Part shown: positions 35,216-46,800 of the stretch, one piece after another | How the letters are laid out: each line of letters opens with the position of its first letter | How positions within the stretch are numbered: position 1 is the first letter of the stretch | Source of the DNA: Craspedostauros australis | Lineage: Eukaryota | Direction of reading: 5' to 3' | Assembly (NCBI GenBank): GCA_030167865.1 | Contig: JALAGF010004754.1 | Coordinates: 1 to 64,000, forward strand | DNA: 64,000 nt | The notes under the pieces: generated by a model | What the model saw: the letters and a program-made list of their open reading frames with translations, nothing else | Told to the model about the DNA's origin: nothing | Database searches by the model: none | Translations under genes and position numbers: made by a program

Positions 35216-38024
35216 CCATGGTGGCCCTGCCGTGAGAATGAAGGCAACTTCAGCCATTCGAACATCCAATCATCAACCATCCACTCACCCAATCGCCCAT
35301 TCACCGCCGATGCAAACAGAGCCACCACCAACTTCCAATCGACCGCGCCACCTCCGAGGACGGACGGACGGACGGACGGACGAGACCATCACGTTGCAGC
35401 GGCAGCAGCAGAGGAGAGAGGCGGCGAAATAGGGTCGTGGCACCACACAAGGCACAATGCTGCGGCATCGTGTGCCGTGTGTGGTACGTTATGAGTGATA
35501 CACTGCATCTGACACGAGAGGAAAGCGCCAAGGTAGGAGCGAAACGCAAAGCGCTGACTTGCAGCCATCAACCAACCACGTTTCTCTCGGCTTCTCCGCG
35601 GAGTGAAAGCCTACAATCGCGCAACATTTGCTCACGGACAAGCACATGGTGCTGCTGCTGCTCTGCCTTCACATCATCGGGGCGGACACCTCTCCTCAGT
35701 CTTTCCCAATCCCCTCTGCGGCAGTACATCGCCATCGAGTCGACGACCAAGTTGGACGATCCATCCAGCAGATCCCTCGATCATGCCGACCACACCGGAC
35801 AAGCTGGTTTGGTGGTGGAAGAGAGGGAAGGAAACGCCGTCGAGGTCGTTGGTTCCAGCGCAGAAGCAAGACCGCCTCTGATGCTCTCCGGGCGGAGGTG
35901 GACGCTGAGCCGAACGCAAACATGGCACTGCATCGGCAATGCTTTCTGGTGTCGATGGCGACGATAGGGCGGGATTCCAGGACCCAGCCGGTTGGCCGGT
36001 CTCTCCTCCGCCAACCACCAAGAGCCCCTGCGGCTTCAAGCAATGCTACTGCTCCTACTTCTCGTCCGTACAATAGCACAAGAGAGCGTGGCGACCAAGA
36101 GGCCATCACGACCACAAAGCCATCTGCCAACGACGTGGGAAACACGCGAGCTGGACAATGGCTCGTGCGTGAGATACCTTGGTCCTCCACCTCCCCGTGC
36201 CCCCCAAGAGAACAGCTGGGCGCAAGAATGGGATCAATGGCGACCCGCTCCGCCTGTTCCGGATAATTGCATCGATCGTGGTTGCAGCCACTGCATCATC
36301 ACGAGCTTCGAGACGAATCAGGGCTCGCCACAGCGACCAGGAATGCCTCATCCAATCAAGCTACAAGTATGAGACGGACGTTGTCGTAGCATATGACAAC
36401 AAGTGCACTCTACTTGCACAGTACCACATGGTACACAGCTTGCATCAGCCATGCGTCCCCCGTGGTCGGAGCTGCGAAACGAGCCACGGAATACGAGCAC
36501 GACACTGCCGCAAGAGTTATCGCAAATCGAAGGTTCTTGAAACAGCCCAATCGCGGCAGCAGCAGCCAGCGGAAGCAATATTCCTAAGGTAGAGTAGCTA
36601 ATCTTGGAACGGAGTCTTCAGAGTAGTTCCAGTTCTAAAAAGCTACAGCACGGGCAAGATGGCTGTTCCACGTTGCGATCATTGCCCCTTTCTCTTTGGC
36701 AACTCTTGATGTACGGATGGATACTCTCTAGTTGATGCCGATATCGTTGTCGTTGACGCATATTTCCTCTACCGCCATCAGCAAGTTCCTCGGCTGTGCT
36801 ATCATCCTCCCTTTGGCGTCTCAAGAAGCAAACGACCTGGGGATCATTTCCCCGATCCGGAGCAGGCCTGCTGCGCGCGGATGTTGGATCGTGGACATGC
36901 GACCAGCACAACGCCAGTAGCCGACAACCGGGATGGCGCTCCTTGCTTTGATGGGTACTGGTGGCCAGAGAGTGCGAAATACAAGCCAGGAGAAGAACAG
37001 CCAATCACTGCCCATGTCGAGATCGCACAGAGAGCGGAAAAACGGTACATCTCATGCCAGCGAATCGTCCGACAACCCGCTATCAATGGGCAGTATTGAC
37101 AGTTTCCAACACTTATCCAAAACAACGATGACCTCTGCCTCTATCTGTCTCGTTTGTAAACAGAAACAAGAACCGATGCCATCGACATGGACGAAGATTC
37201 ACGGAACCTCCCACACTCCGAAACATACGTGGAGACTGGGAGCGAGCGCGGGTGCGTGTCTTGTACCTCTGCTGCCATCCTCTGCGGCGGCGGGCATGGC
37301 GCACAAGCGACGCTGATGTCCAGAGAAGATGTGACTATTTGTGTAGTCTGCAGATAACAAAGATAGTATTCTAATAGAATAGAACAAAATGGAATAGTAT
37401 GATGGGTACGAGGCATACGAGCTACTCGCGACACCTTTACTGGGACATCGAGTACTCATTTTTCCAGTGAAAAGACTTCTCTCCTCCGTTCCGTGTATGC
37501 TCCATCTTCCCGCAACCAAGGCCACACCAACACAGTCCTCAACGTCATCTTACATGCCGCCATGCCGGATCTCTGGTTCTATCTTTTTGCTTCCGTGATT
37601 CATCTCATGAGCACAGGCTATGGGCATTGGCATCGGACGAGGCACTGCGCAGGCGCTCACCAACAACCTCTGCTCCAAGGGCAAGACGCACGTACCCAAG
37701 TGCAGGTGAGCAGGGATGGTGCAGATTGTGTCTGTATAGTACGAGCTATGGATCTGCATTGGCAGTCATGCTCTATTCGCATGGAGGAAGCAAATTTGTG
37801 AGAGAGATTCAGCCACCTGCATGCGAAGGGAACTGCTTTCGAACTCAGCTTCCATCATAGTCTTCCTTAATATTATTATATAATATTATATTATATTAGA
37901 ATATAGAATAGAATAGAATATCTTCCAATTCTGGAAGAGCAAGCTGACAACGGAAGGCGTCGTTTCGTGCCGTGATTCAATACTACGCACTCTATCAGTA
38001 CTACGAGCAGTATGGTCCTCGCCT

Positions 38025-39659
38025 CTACACCATATCGCTGTCCGTCTTCTTGGACTTGCCGCCAAAGTCTAGGAAGACATTGGATGCGGCCGCGACGAAG
38101 ACGATGGAGGCGCCGACGTAGGATGGCCATGCGCCCAAGGTTTCACCCAACATGAGGTACGAAAACACAGCACCGTACACCGGATCCATGCTGTAAATGA
38201 CACTCGCGCGCTCGGCGCTGACATCCTTCTGCGCCTTTGTCTGGATGTAGTTGGCCAGCGCGGTTGTGATGCCGCCCAAATACAGCACCTCCAGCGGATG
38301 GGACGTGCTGATGTGCGCGAGCTGCTGGAAGATCGTGGTGAAGGCATCTGCCGAACCCATGAGGATGGTTTGAATGAGCGTCCACAGACCGGCGAGGAGG
38401 GTCACGATGCACAGACTGGCTGCATTCAGACCAGCCGAATCGTCGACCTGTCGTGACGCCGATTCGAGACGCAGAATGAACATGGCGGATGATGCAGCCG
38501 CGGCGATGCTCCAAAGGTCACCCTGGTTGAAGGCCACGGCGGTGCCATCGAAGGCCAGCATGGCGGTACCCACGAATGCAGCAACCGCGGATGCCCATGT
38601 GGGTGTCGAGATCTTGCGCCCGAACAGCAGACGAGCGAAGATGGGGACGAATTTGACATTGAGGTAGAGCAGGAATCCCGAACGCTGTGCCGTTGTCGAC
38701 GCCAGCCCGACGGCCTGGAATCCAAAGCCAAGGAACATCCACAGACCAAGTTCTATGCCCCAGCGCCACGTGTTGCTGACTGATGTCGCCGTGACGGATG
38801 CGGTCGAGTTGGTGAGAGCTGCTTCACTCGTTGCCGCGGTTTCACCTTGCTGCTGTTCTTGCTGCTGGCCGATGGAGCATAGTCCATCCAAACCTGGAAT
38901 GTACCGTGCCGCGACCAACGTGGCCACGCCGAACCTGAGGAATGTGAAAGGCCCCGCACCAGCTGCATCCGAATCGACCACCGTCTTGATGATGGCGTGC
39001 TGACTTCCCCAAATGACGGCGACTAGATTGAGCAACAGGATGGAAACGGGCGGCGCTTCCGCAAAGATAGTTTCGACGACCGATGCAACACCCTGGAAGC
39101 CAGGGATGTTCTGGAGAGACCTTCGATGTTGTTCATGGTACCCCTGTCGCAGCTGCTCCTGATCCTCTGCACATGCCGTCGTCATTGGGACTGTGCTATT
39201 AGCAGAGTTTCTGCCACCGTTGCTGGTGCTATCGGGATCGGTTGGCATCGAACCATCGAGTGCATCGAAGTTGGAATGCAGAAGTGATCGGCGTCGGGTC
39301 ATTCTCTCATGTTGATCGGCCTTTCTGGACAAGAATCGTGCTGGCGTCCTGTACCTCGAGGCCTTGGATGTGGATGGATTGCCTTGGGTGATTTTATTGT
39401 TGATGTTGGCACTGCTGCTGCTGCCACGGCCAACTGTCCCTGCAGTGTACGCTGGGAATGAGAAACTGTGAACAACAGCGAAGTGGCTTGTGAAGTGCAA
39501 GCACCCCACAAGCAGGGGGATGATTCCAATGCGGCAGCTGCTACGCAATCGAATTGCACGATAGTCGCTGTGCCTTCTCGAAAGCGGTTCTTGTTGCAAC
39601 ACCAGATGTGACGATGGCGACGGTTGTCGGAGCGCTTGTGGTCGTTGCCGAGCGATCAT
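38025..39659 (-). CDS. EamA/DMT-family transporter, probably plastid-targeted
   Basis: LVAVIWGSQHAIIK, FLRFGVA, QAVGLASTTAQRSGFL and AQKDVSAERASVIYSMDPVYGAVFSYLMLGE motifs, with about 10 TMs. Presequence with VHS-FSF. Confidence 0.9.
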   Translation of the reverse strand: MIARQRPQALRQPSPSSHLVLQQEPLSRRHSDYRAIRLRSSCRIGIIPLLVGCLHFTSHFAVVHSFSFPAYTAGTVGRGSSSSANINNKITQGNPSTSKASRYRTPARFLSRKADQHERMTRRRSLLHSNFDALDGSMPTDPDSTSNGGRNSANSTVPMTTACAEDQEQLRQGYHEQHRRSLQNIPGFQGVASVVETIFAEAPPVSILLLNLVAVIWGSQHAIIKTVVDSDAAGAGPFTFLRFGVATLVAARYIPGLDGLCSIGQQQEQQQGETAATSEAALTNSTASVTATSVSNTWRWGIELGLWMFLGFGFQAVGLASTTAQRSGFLLYLNVKFVPIFARLLFGRKISTPTWASAVAAFVGTAMLAFDGTAVAFNQGDLWSIAAAASSAMFILRLESASRQVDDSAGLNAASLCIVTLLAGLWTLIQTILMGSADAFTTIFQQLAHISTSHPLEVLYLGGITTALANYIQTKAQKDVSAERASVIYSMDPVYGAVFSYLMLGETLGAWPSYVGASIVFVAAASNVFLDFGGKSKKTDSDMV

Positions 39660-40361
39660 TGGATCCGTGCGAGTCGCAAGCAACGAACGATTGGAATTGG
39701 ATTGGAAATGAATGGGCTGGACCGAGCTGGGCTGGCCTGAGCTGGATTGGATTGGCACAAGAGAGTAGTCGGTGGGCGACGATGATAATTATCGCCTCCT
39801 TCGGCGATGTACCAAACAATTTTCGTTGATCTGTTGTTTCGTTCCTCAACTGAGGGTGTTGGTTGGTGCGATGAGTGATGAGTGATGTGTCTGCTTGTGT
39901 GGGTGCGTGCGTGGGTGCGTGCCGAGTCCAGGCAAAGAACAAATGAGGTTGTGGGTGTTTGTGGTGGTCGTCTTGTTCCGTTGTTTGTTTGTTGGTGGAT
40001 GGGTCGGAATCGATCGAGTCATGTTTCGAATACTGAGTCACGATAGGGATTGAGCGAAGAATATGGACTGCTACTGTGGAGGAAACAAGAGCAAGAACGC
40101 GATGGTGAGCAACGCCTGCTCCTGCGCCTCCGGAATGGCATCACACCTTCTCCATGAGGGAGCCAAAGAGCATCTCAAGAGAGAGCATTCATGGGATCCA
40201 ACTGAGCATCGTGACCATGCTGCAGCCATCGTTGACCTCACATTTCATCCATAATATAATCGAATGTATTATACGTAGTACATGCTCCAAAGCCTGCAAG
40301 GATTGGTGTTGGTTCGCCTGTGGTTGTTTGATTGTGTTCGACCATGCCGAACCCGGCTATG

Positions 40362-40364
<3 letters not shown>

Positions 40365-40396
<32 letters not shown>
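40365..40396. repeat. (GA)n microsatellite
   Basis: Directly visible. Confidence 0.9.
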
Positions 40397-40398
<2 letters not shown>

Positions 40399-40916
40399 AA
40401 CGTGAGAGCAAAGGTGCCATAATGTGAACATGAAGCAAAGTGACTGTATGCCCCAAGTAAATCAAGAACCTCAAGGAAGAGTACTTGCAGATGGGAAGAC
40501 AGCAAGTTGGCTATCATCGTTGTTCTTTTTAACTATGGAAGCACCCGAAGATCATCATCATATTGCATCGTGTTCGACATCTGGCTTCGGCTAGTACTGA
40601 TATTGTTGTTGCTTTGGGCATTGCTGGGGCTGTCCATAGACAGCAATAGTTGCCACAACTGATGCATGAGCCATCTCTGAGAGACCGGAAGAGGACGAGT
40701 ATGGTGGAAAGCGATGTCGGCATATGGAAAGCAAGCTTCGGTTTGTCATCCTATACTCGCATTGGTACAACTGGGACGGATGGTAGGGGGGTAAACCGCT
40801 GTCGTTGTAAAATGCGTGGTGTTCTATTATTCCTGCACTCCTGTGGATATTGTGGAGTGCCATACTCTCTGTGTATGGTATTACAGTAGAGTGTGATAGA
40901 CAGGAGTGTGGAAACC

Positions 40917-41702
40917 TTAGAACAGGGCCTTGGCCATATCGAACTCTGACTGTTTGGCCTTCTGCTCGCGCTGGGCCTCCTTCCAGGCCTTCTCACGTTC
41001 GAAGTCTGCGGTTCTGGCTGCCTGCTCGACGCCAAACCCAGCAGCGGCCATGTTGACGTCCTTTTGGGCGTCCTTTTCCATCCTCTGAGTCTCCTTCCAG
41101 CCCTGATCACGGTCGAAGTCTGCCTTGCGGGCAGCGTGCTCGGCACCGAATCCAGCGGCAGCCATGTTGACGTCCTTCTGGGCGTCCTTCTCCAGCCTCT
41201 GGGTTTCCTTCCAGCCCTGATCACGGTCGAAGTCTGCCTTGCGGGCAGCGTGCTCGGCACCGAAGCCAGCGGCGGCCATGTTGACGTCCTTCTGGGCGTC
41301 CTTCTGCTGTCGCTGGGTTTCCTTCCAGGCCTTCTCGCGCTCGAAGTCGGCATTTCTGGCGGCCTGTTCGGCACCGAAGCCAGCGGCGGCCATGTTGACG
41401 TGCTTGGCCTCCTCCTTCATGGCCCTGGCGGCCTGCTTGCTCTTCTCGTACTCCGCGTTGACCTTCTTGGCGTTGGCCTCCCCGAGGGTCTGCACACCCT
41501 TGCCTTCGTAGTCGTACATCATGGCCTTGGCCTCCGCCTCCTTCTCCTGGCGCTTCTTCTTCTCATTCTTCTGTCGCATGGCAAAGTCGAAAGGCGACAC
41601 GCCCTGGAAGGCGTTGTTCTCCCATTTCTTCGGCTCCCACTTTTTCCGGTTGGCCTCGGGAGCCTTGAAGTCGAACTTGGGGTCGTTTTGTTTGTCAGCC
41701 AT
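40917..41702 (-). CDS. Charged helical protein with four 38-aa tandem repeats (261 aa)
   Basis: Unit KDAQKDVNMAAAGFGAEHAARKADFDRDQGWKETQRLE. DNA period is 114 bp (GCCATGTTGACG at 41047, 41161, 41275, 41389), and many differences between copies are synonymous. Confidence 0.88.
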   Translation of the reverse strand: MADKQNDPKFDFKAPEANRKKWEPKKWENNAFQGVSPFDFAMRQKNEKKKRQEKEAEAKAMMYDYEGKGVQTLGEANAKKVNAEYEKSKQAARAMKEEAKHVNMAAAGFGAEQAARNADFEREKAWKETQRQQKDAQKDVNMAAAGFGAEHAARKADFDRDQGWKETQRLEKDAQKDVNMAAAGFGAEHAARKADFDRDQGWKETQRMEKDAQKDVNMAAAGFGVEQAARTADFEREKAWKEAQREQKAKQSEFDMAKALF

Positions 41703-42559
41703 CTTGAGTCCTTTCTCTGGAGATTCTCGTTACCTGTTTTGTCGAGTTGTGTGAGATTGCGTTGCGTTGCGTTGTTGTGCTGAGTTGAGTTGATTTGGGT
41801 TGAGTTGGGTTGGGCTCTTGCGATGCGGCTTTGTCGGAGTGTGATGGTGTCGCTCTGATGTCCGGAATGTCGTCGTCTGTCTTCCTTTGTTGTTGTGTTG
41901 GTTCGTAAGTTGTTGTTGTTGATGTGGTTGTTGTTGGTTTGGTGGTGTGCACGAGTATTGCGGATACAAAGAGGACAATCCACGCGGTCCTTTCTCTCTT
42001 GCTACCAGCGACTGCGCTGCCTGTTGCGCCTCTCTTTTGGCCTGTCTGCGAGTGTTCGTGTGTTCGTGTGTTGGTGTGTTGGTGGTTGTCTCTCTCGTCT
42101 CTGTCTCGATCGCGTATCCTCCCGCAAGGGATTTGCCTGCGACGCTTCTTCTGCGTTCTTTCCTTCGTTCTTTCTTCATGTCTTCTGTCACAACGAGAAA
42201 AGGAAGATCTTTGTTTGCGATGCTTGGGTCACGGACACAGTCATTGCGTGGCTGTCAACCCATAAAGAAGCTGAGTCAGTACCACTCCGACAACCGAGAT
42301 TCAACCAAGATCCATCACACTCGTGAATCAATCCACCACCACAAATTACCACATGGGCGAGCACGAATCCACAACACCAACACCAACACCTCCAATCACA
42401 ACATCAAGCAACCGCGAAGCGCACAGGGCCCGCTTTCCGTCTCAACGAGCACACTGTGGCTGCGGGAGGAGGTGAAGCCGTACGTGCAGATCAGGGAGCA
42501 GGCAGACATACTATACTGCGAGTAGAAAGGAGAAATCAAGAGGAGTAGAGCGCACCAAC

Positions 42560-43777
42560 ATGACAGACACGCCGAAAGATGATGGGAAGGTCGAAGATAT
42601 GGAAGTTGTGAATGTGGAGAAAACGGATGATGTTGTGCCGGCCTCCAAGGATGTGCCTTCGTCTTCCGCCGAACCGCAGGCAGCAAAACCTGATACGAAG
42701 GAGGCTGGCGTGCCAGCAGAGACCCAGGCATCGCAATCGCAGCCACACGCAGACGCAACTGCTTCTGAACCATCACGATCAACAGAAGCGGCGGCATCAG
42801 CATCAGTTGCAACAGAAACAACGTCGGCAGAAACGACAATGGCGATACATACAGCAGGTACAAAAGAACAAGAAGCAACAACAGCAACAACAACACCAAT
42901 GCCGACGACAGCTGTGACGGCAACGACTTCAACAGCAGGAAATATAACTGACAAAGTTGATACAGTTGAGACGGAAGGAAAGGCTGCAGCCACACTCGCT
43001 CCTCCTGCAACAACGGCCGAAGATGCCACCATGTCGCCGGCTTCTCCCACGATGAGCGGCAACAAACGATCAGCCGTCGATGCGTCATTCGAAAGATTAT
43101 TTGGCTACAAATGGGGCACGCAATTCCATCTTGACGACGAGGAACGCGTGCGCAGCATGGGCATTCGACCGGCCGATGCGGATGCGTTGCTCGGAATATT
43201 CGGCGCCACAAGAGCAGCAAGGATACTTCGAGTTGTTTCCACAGGCAAGCGGCAGAAGACGTCACGGTCGGGGCTCGGATTCATGCCTTCCGCACAGACC
43301 AATTTGAGGGCTTCGAGCGCACATCCAAGAGCTGCAGTCCTCCAATCCACACATGCGATGCGCAAGCCGGTGGATCGATCCGAAATCGAGAACATCAAGC
43401 TGTTGCCGAAAGATGGTTCGAGCGTCGATCCAACCAACCCAACCACCTCAACCCCGGCAACCGCCATTAATCAGAGAGCTGCAGCGAATGCCCCTGCTGT
43501 TTCTACCACACCAGCAGCTGCTGCTCCCAGCGGCGTGGATCAAGTGCTGGCACAGATCGCAGGTCCAGCCAAGGTGAACACTGTGCAAAAAACCTCGAAC
43601 GACTGGGAGAGCTTCAAGAAGACGGACGCACAGCTGCAGGAGGATCTGGAGAAGAAGGCGCAGGGTAAGGACGCGTATTTGGTCAAGCAAGACTTCTTGA
43701 CGAGGGTTGACAACCGTCGATTCGAAATTGAACGCGGAGAACGAGAACGTGAACGCGCCAAACGAGCAACGACATGA
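42560..43777 (+). CDS. BCNT-domain protein (CFDP1/Swc5-like, SWR1 complex)
   Basis: C-terminal KVNTVQKTSNDWESFK...GKDAYLVKQDFLTRVDNRRFEIER. Acidic, T-rich disordered N-terminus. Confidence 0.88.
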   Translation: MTDTPKDDGKVEDMEVVNVEKTDDVVPASKDVPSSSAEPQAAKPDTKEAGVPAETQASQSQPHADATASEPSRSTEAAASASVATETTSAETTMAIHTAGTKEQEATTATTTPMPTTAVTATTSTAGNITDKVDTVETEGKAAATLAPPATTAEDATMSPASPTMSGNKRSAVDASFERLFGYKWGTQFHLDDEERVRSMGIRPADADALLGIFGATRAARILRVVSTGKRQKTSRSGLGFMPSAQTNLRASSAHPRAAVLQSTHAMRKPVDRSEIENIKLLPKDGSSVDPTNPTTSTPATAINQRAAANAPAVSTTPAAAAPSGVDQVLAQIAGPAKVNTVQKTSNDWESFKKTDAQLQEDLEKKAQGKDAYLVKQDFLTRVDNRRFEIERGERERERAKRATT

Positions 43778-44546
43778 GACCGATCAACGCTCAATGTGTT
43801 CTGCTTTGCCGCACGTTCGAGAATGCGTGGAGAGGCAATGGGCGTAGAGTCATAGAGTACGTCAGAATACTCTCCCGAGTACTATTGTCCTCACACCACA
43901 CTCAAAGCCATCTCTGCCGACCCGTGCCACATCATGGTTGCAGAAATCACTGATGCGCATGCTCTGGCAGTCTGGTCACACGATAGAGTATAGCACTCTT
44001 CTCCACACTCCTCCACCTTGAACGTAGAATCCTATGATCATCTTATGCCTGCAAGTAGAGTGGAGTAGAGTAGAGTAGAGTAGAGTGGAGTGGTTCACCC
44101 CGCGATGATCTACCATGTCTACGACTGTGCACCATCCGAGTACATGTTTGCCTGTGTGAGATCTTGTTGATTTGCGTTCTGCTTCAACTATTTCTGTACC
44201 ACTCCAGATTCCGAACCAACCAACATTTGTGGCTTCGTCACCAACCAAACCAAATACCCACAAAATGAGACAACCAACGAGAAACCGTGTCCCGACAACA
44301 CTTCTCAATCATTTCTCAATCATTTCTACAACAAACGCAGACGCAAACACAGGCGCAACTTGACAACAATCGGAGAGATCAGGAGTAGTCGTATCGCATT
44401 GCAGACTACTGCACCACGATTACACTATTTACATTCCTACATTCCTAAATTCATACAGTCGTGCGCCATAGCTCGTTGTACAATACAGTTAACCAGCATC
44501 CTACGAGTACAAGCAGAGCAATATCAATACAACTAATCCTGCGAAT

Positions 44547-45788
44547 ATGACGGCCAAGAAGGACGACCTGCTGCAGCAGGTTCCGTTGGAAGTGTCCAAG
44601 GAAGAGTACGCGGATTTGCAGAAGCAGGCCACGGAACTGTCGCTGGAGGAAGCGCAGTTGGAATGGATGGAGAGCGCAAGATACGGCGACGTGGACATTA
44701 TCCGCGCACTGTCCGAACGCTTTCCGCATCTCGTCTCCTACAAGAAGGAGAGCAACGGCAACACGGCGCTGCACATGGCGGCCGCGAACAACCGGCTCAG
44801 CGTCGTCAAGCTGCTGGCGCTGCTGTCGCATCCCTTCACGACCAACAATTCAGGCAACACTCCCTTGCATTGGGCGGCATCGAACGGGCATGTGGAGGTG
44901 GTCGAATTCCTGACGACGCAAAGCCAGATCGACGTCGATGTGCTGGCCAAGAATGAGTTTGGTCGTTCGGCTTTGACGGAGGGTTTCACGTCGCAGAATG
45001 AAGGCGTCGTGAAGGCCTTGCTGGAGCATGATTCTGCGACGGAAGAGAAGCTGCTGTCCAGCAGCGGTGGCAAGGAGACCTCCGTCACGCACAAGTTCTT
45101 TGACAAAAAGAAGCCGTTGCTGGTGCGCGAGCTCGCCATGATCAACGCCGACAATCCGTTCGCGGATACGGATCGGCCGGATCAGGATACCACCGGATTG
45201 TCGATCTGGGCCACGAGCCTCGTCATGGCACGGTGGATGAGGGAGAAGAAGGCCGAATGGAAGAATGCGTCGGTGGTGGAGCTGGGAGCCGGTTGCGGCG
45301 TGCCTGGTCTTGTGGTTGCGACGGCCGCAGATCGTCCGTCCAAAGTATACATGACGGACCTCAATCCCAAGACCGTTGAGAATCTGAAGTACAACGTCGA
45401 ATTGAATAAATTGGATTCCTTCGTCGATTCCCTTCGCATGGATTGGGCGGACAAGTCCACATGGCCGCAAGAACCGGTTGATTACGTCATCGGTTCCGAT
45501 TTGATCTACCAGAAATCACTCGTTCCCTTGCTCTCCAACGTCGTCATGGATCTGATGAAGTCCGGCGGTGTCTTCTACTACGTTGCACCAGAAACTGGCA
45601 GAGATGGGCTGGAAACATTCATTGAAGAAATGAAGACCCGATGTCCCAACTACAAGGAAGTCAAGGCATCGAAAGAGTACCATGCAAATCCCCTGATAAG
45701 TGACGACGACGAGGAATGCTTCCTGCACTTCCAAGAGCTGTCGTCGATGACGTACATCCTCTATGAGTTTCGCAAACCTCAGTCATAA
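44547..45788 (+). CDS. Ankyrin-repeat (Yar1-like) plus seven-beta-strand protein methyltransferase (METTL21/Efm family) fusion
   Basis: Ankyrin motifs GNTALHMAAAN and GNTPLHWAASNG. MTase motifs TTGLSIW, VVELGAGCGVPG, MTD, MDW, IGSDLIY. Confidence 0.9.
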   Translation: MTAKKDDLLQQVPLEVSKEEYADLQKQATELSLEEAQLEWMESARYGDVDIIRALSERFPHLVSYKKESNGNTALHMAAANNRLSVVKLLALLSHPFTTNNSGNTPLHWAASNGHVEVVEFLTTQSQIDVDVLAKNEFGRSALTEGFTSQNEGVVKALLEHDSATEEKLLSSSGGKETSVTHKFFDKKKPLLVRELAMINADNPFADTDRPDQDTTGLSIWATSLVMARWMREKKAEWKNASVVELGAGCGVPGLVVATAADRPSKVYMTDLNPKTVENLKYNVELNKLDSFVDSLRMDWADKSTWPQEPVDYVIGSDLIYQKSLVPLLSNVVMDLMKSGGVFYYVAPETGRDGLETFIEEMKTRCPNYKEVKASKEYHANPLISDDDEECFLHFQELSSMTYILYEFRKPQS

Positions 45789-46080
45789 TCGTAGTGTTGT
45801 CCTTTACGATATCATAACATGACAGAGTCGTATACATAAAATGCACGTCATGCCACGCCACCACAAAGAACTGGGCAGAGACATCATGCATTGTGGTGTA
45901 TTCTTTGAAACGAGCATCATGCACCAGACTTTCAAAATGTTAAGTGTTGAACATCCGATGCTGTCACTCTACGCCAGACTACTCTCTGATACTCTGACTG
46001 CGCATTCGTAGCTCGTATGGTCCATACTCTTCGAGTACTGCACTCTCGTACCATGCTCCCAATACCCAGCCACCCACTCG

Positions 46081-46800
46081 TTATGTTGTCTTGCAAAATA
46101 TGTCCAGGTAACCCCACTCCGTTGATGGGCACAAGTAGATGGCCTTGACGAAGAACATTACCAGAATGCCACCTGTGATGTGCCAACCGCAGTGTGCGTT
46201 CTGCCATGCCTTGAGATCACGCTTCGATTTCGCAGCATCCCCCGCAGCGAAGAAGGACAGCGGAAGGATGGCCAGCAATACCGTCCACCATTGCAAACGC
46301 GTGTACGACCGAACGACGGTGACGATCAGCATCGTCACGGCAGAAATCCGGTCCAACCCATGCACGATGTGAGGCCGATCTGCGCACACGTAGTCCGCCA
46401 TGATTGAGAGGAAGGCCTGCGTCACCCAGGCGGCGGTCTCGATAGGATTCGGACTCGTGAACATCGGAAGAGCGTACAGAATCCCGGACAATCCAGAACG
46501 CACTGCTCGGCATTGCGCCCCTTCCCACGGCAAACCGTTGTGGAAGAATATCTTGTACACCAGTATCGAATCCACAACCCCGAAAGCGCCGCAGTCGTAT
46601 TGCATCCGGCTACCATCGGCGCTTCTCGAATCATCATCGCCGGTGAACGAAGTAGAATCGCTGAGGGAGGTCGTCATCTTCCTCATGAGAGGCATTTTGC
46701 TGTTGTCATCCTTGGCCGTGGGCTCCATCTTTGATGGCGCTGTTTGGCTCTTATGTTCGCTGCGATCGGCTTGCGATGTCGCTCTCTTCTTCATCGTCAT
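46081..46800 (-). CDS. Small multipass membrane protein, CREST-like motifs
   Basis: About 5-6 TMs with SIMADY, HGLDR and HCGWH motifs. Start uncertain (open frame extends to 47169). Confidence 0.65.
   Translation of the reverse strand: MTMKKRATSQADRSEHKSQTAPSKMEPTAKDDNSKMPLMRKMTTSLSDSTSFTGDDDSRSADGSRMQYDCGAFGVVDSILVYKIFFHNGLPWEGAQCRAVRSGLSGILYALPMFTSPNPIETAAWVTQAFLSIMADYVCADRPHIVHGLDRISAVTMLIVTVVRSYTRLQWWTVLLAILPLSFFAAGDAAKSKRDLKAWQNAHCGWHITGGILVMFFVKAIYLCPSTEWGYLDIFCKTT

Noticed and set aside
40940-41420. 114-bp repeats as CRISPR or satellite
   Set aside because: Contiguous in-frame coding repeats with synonymous variation and no spacers
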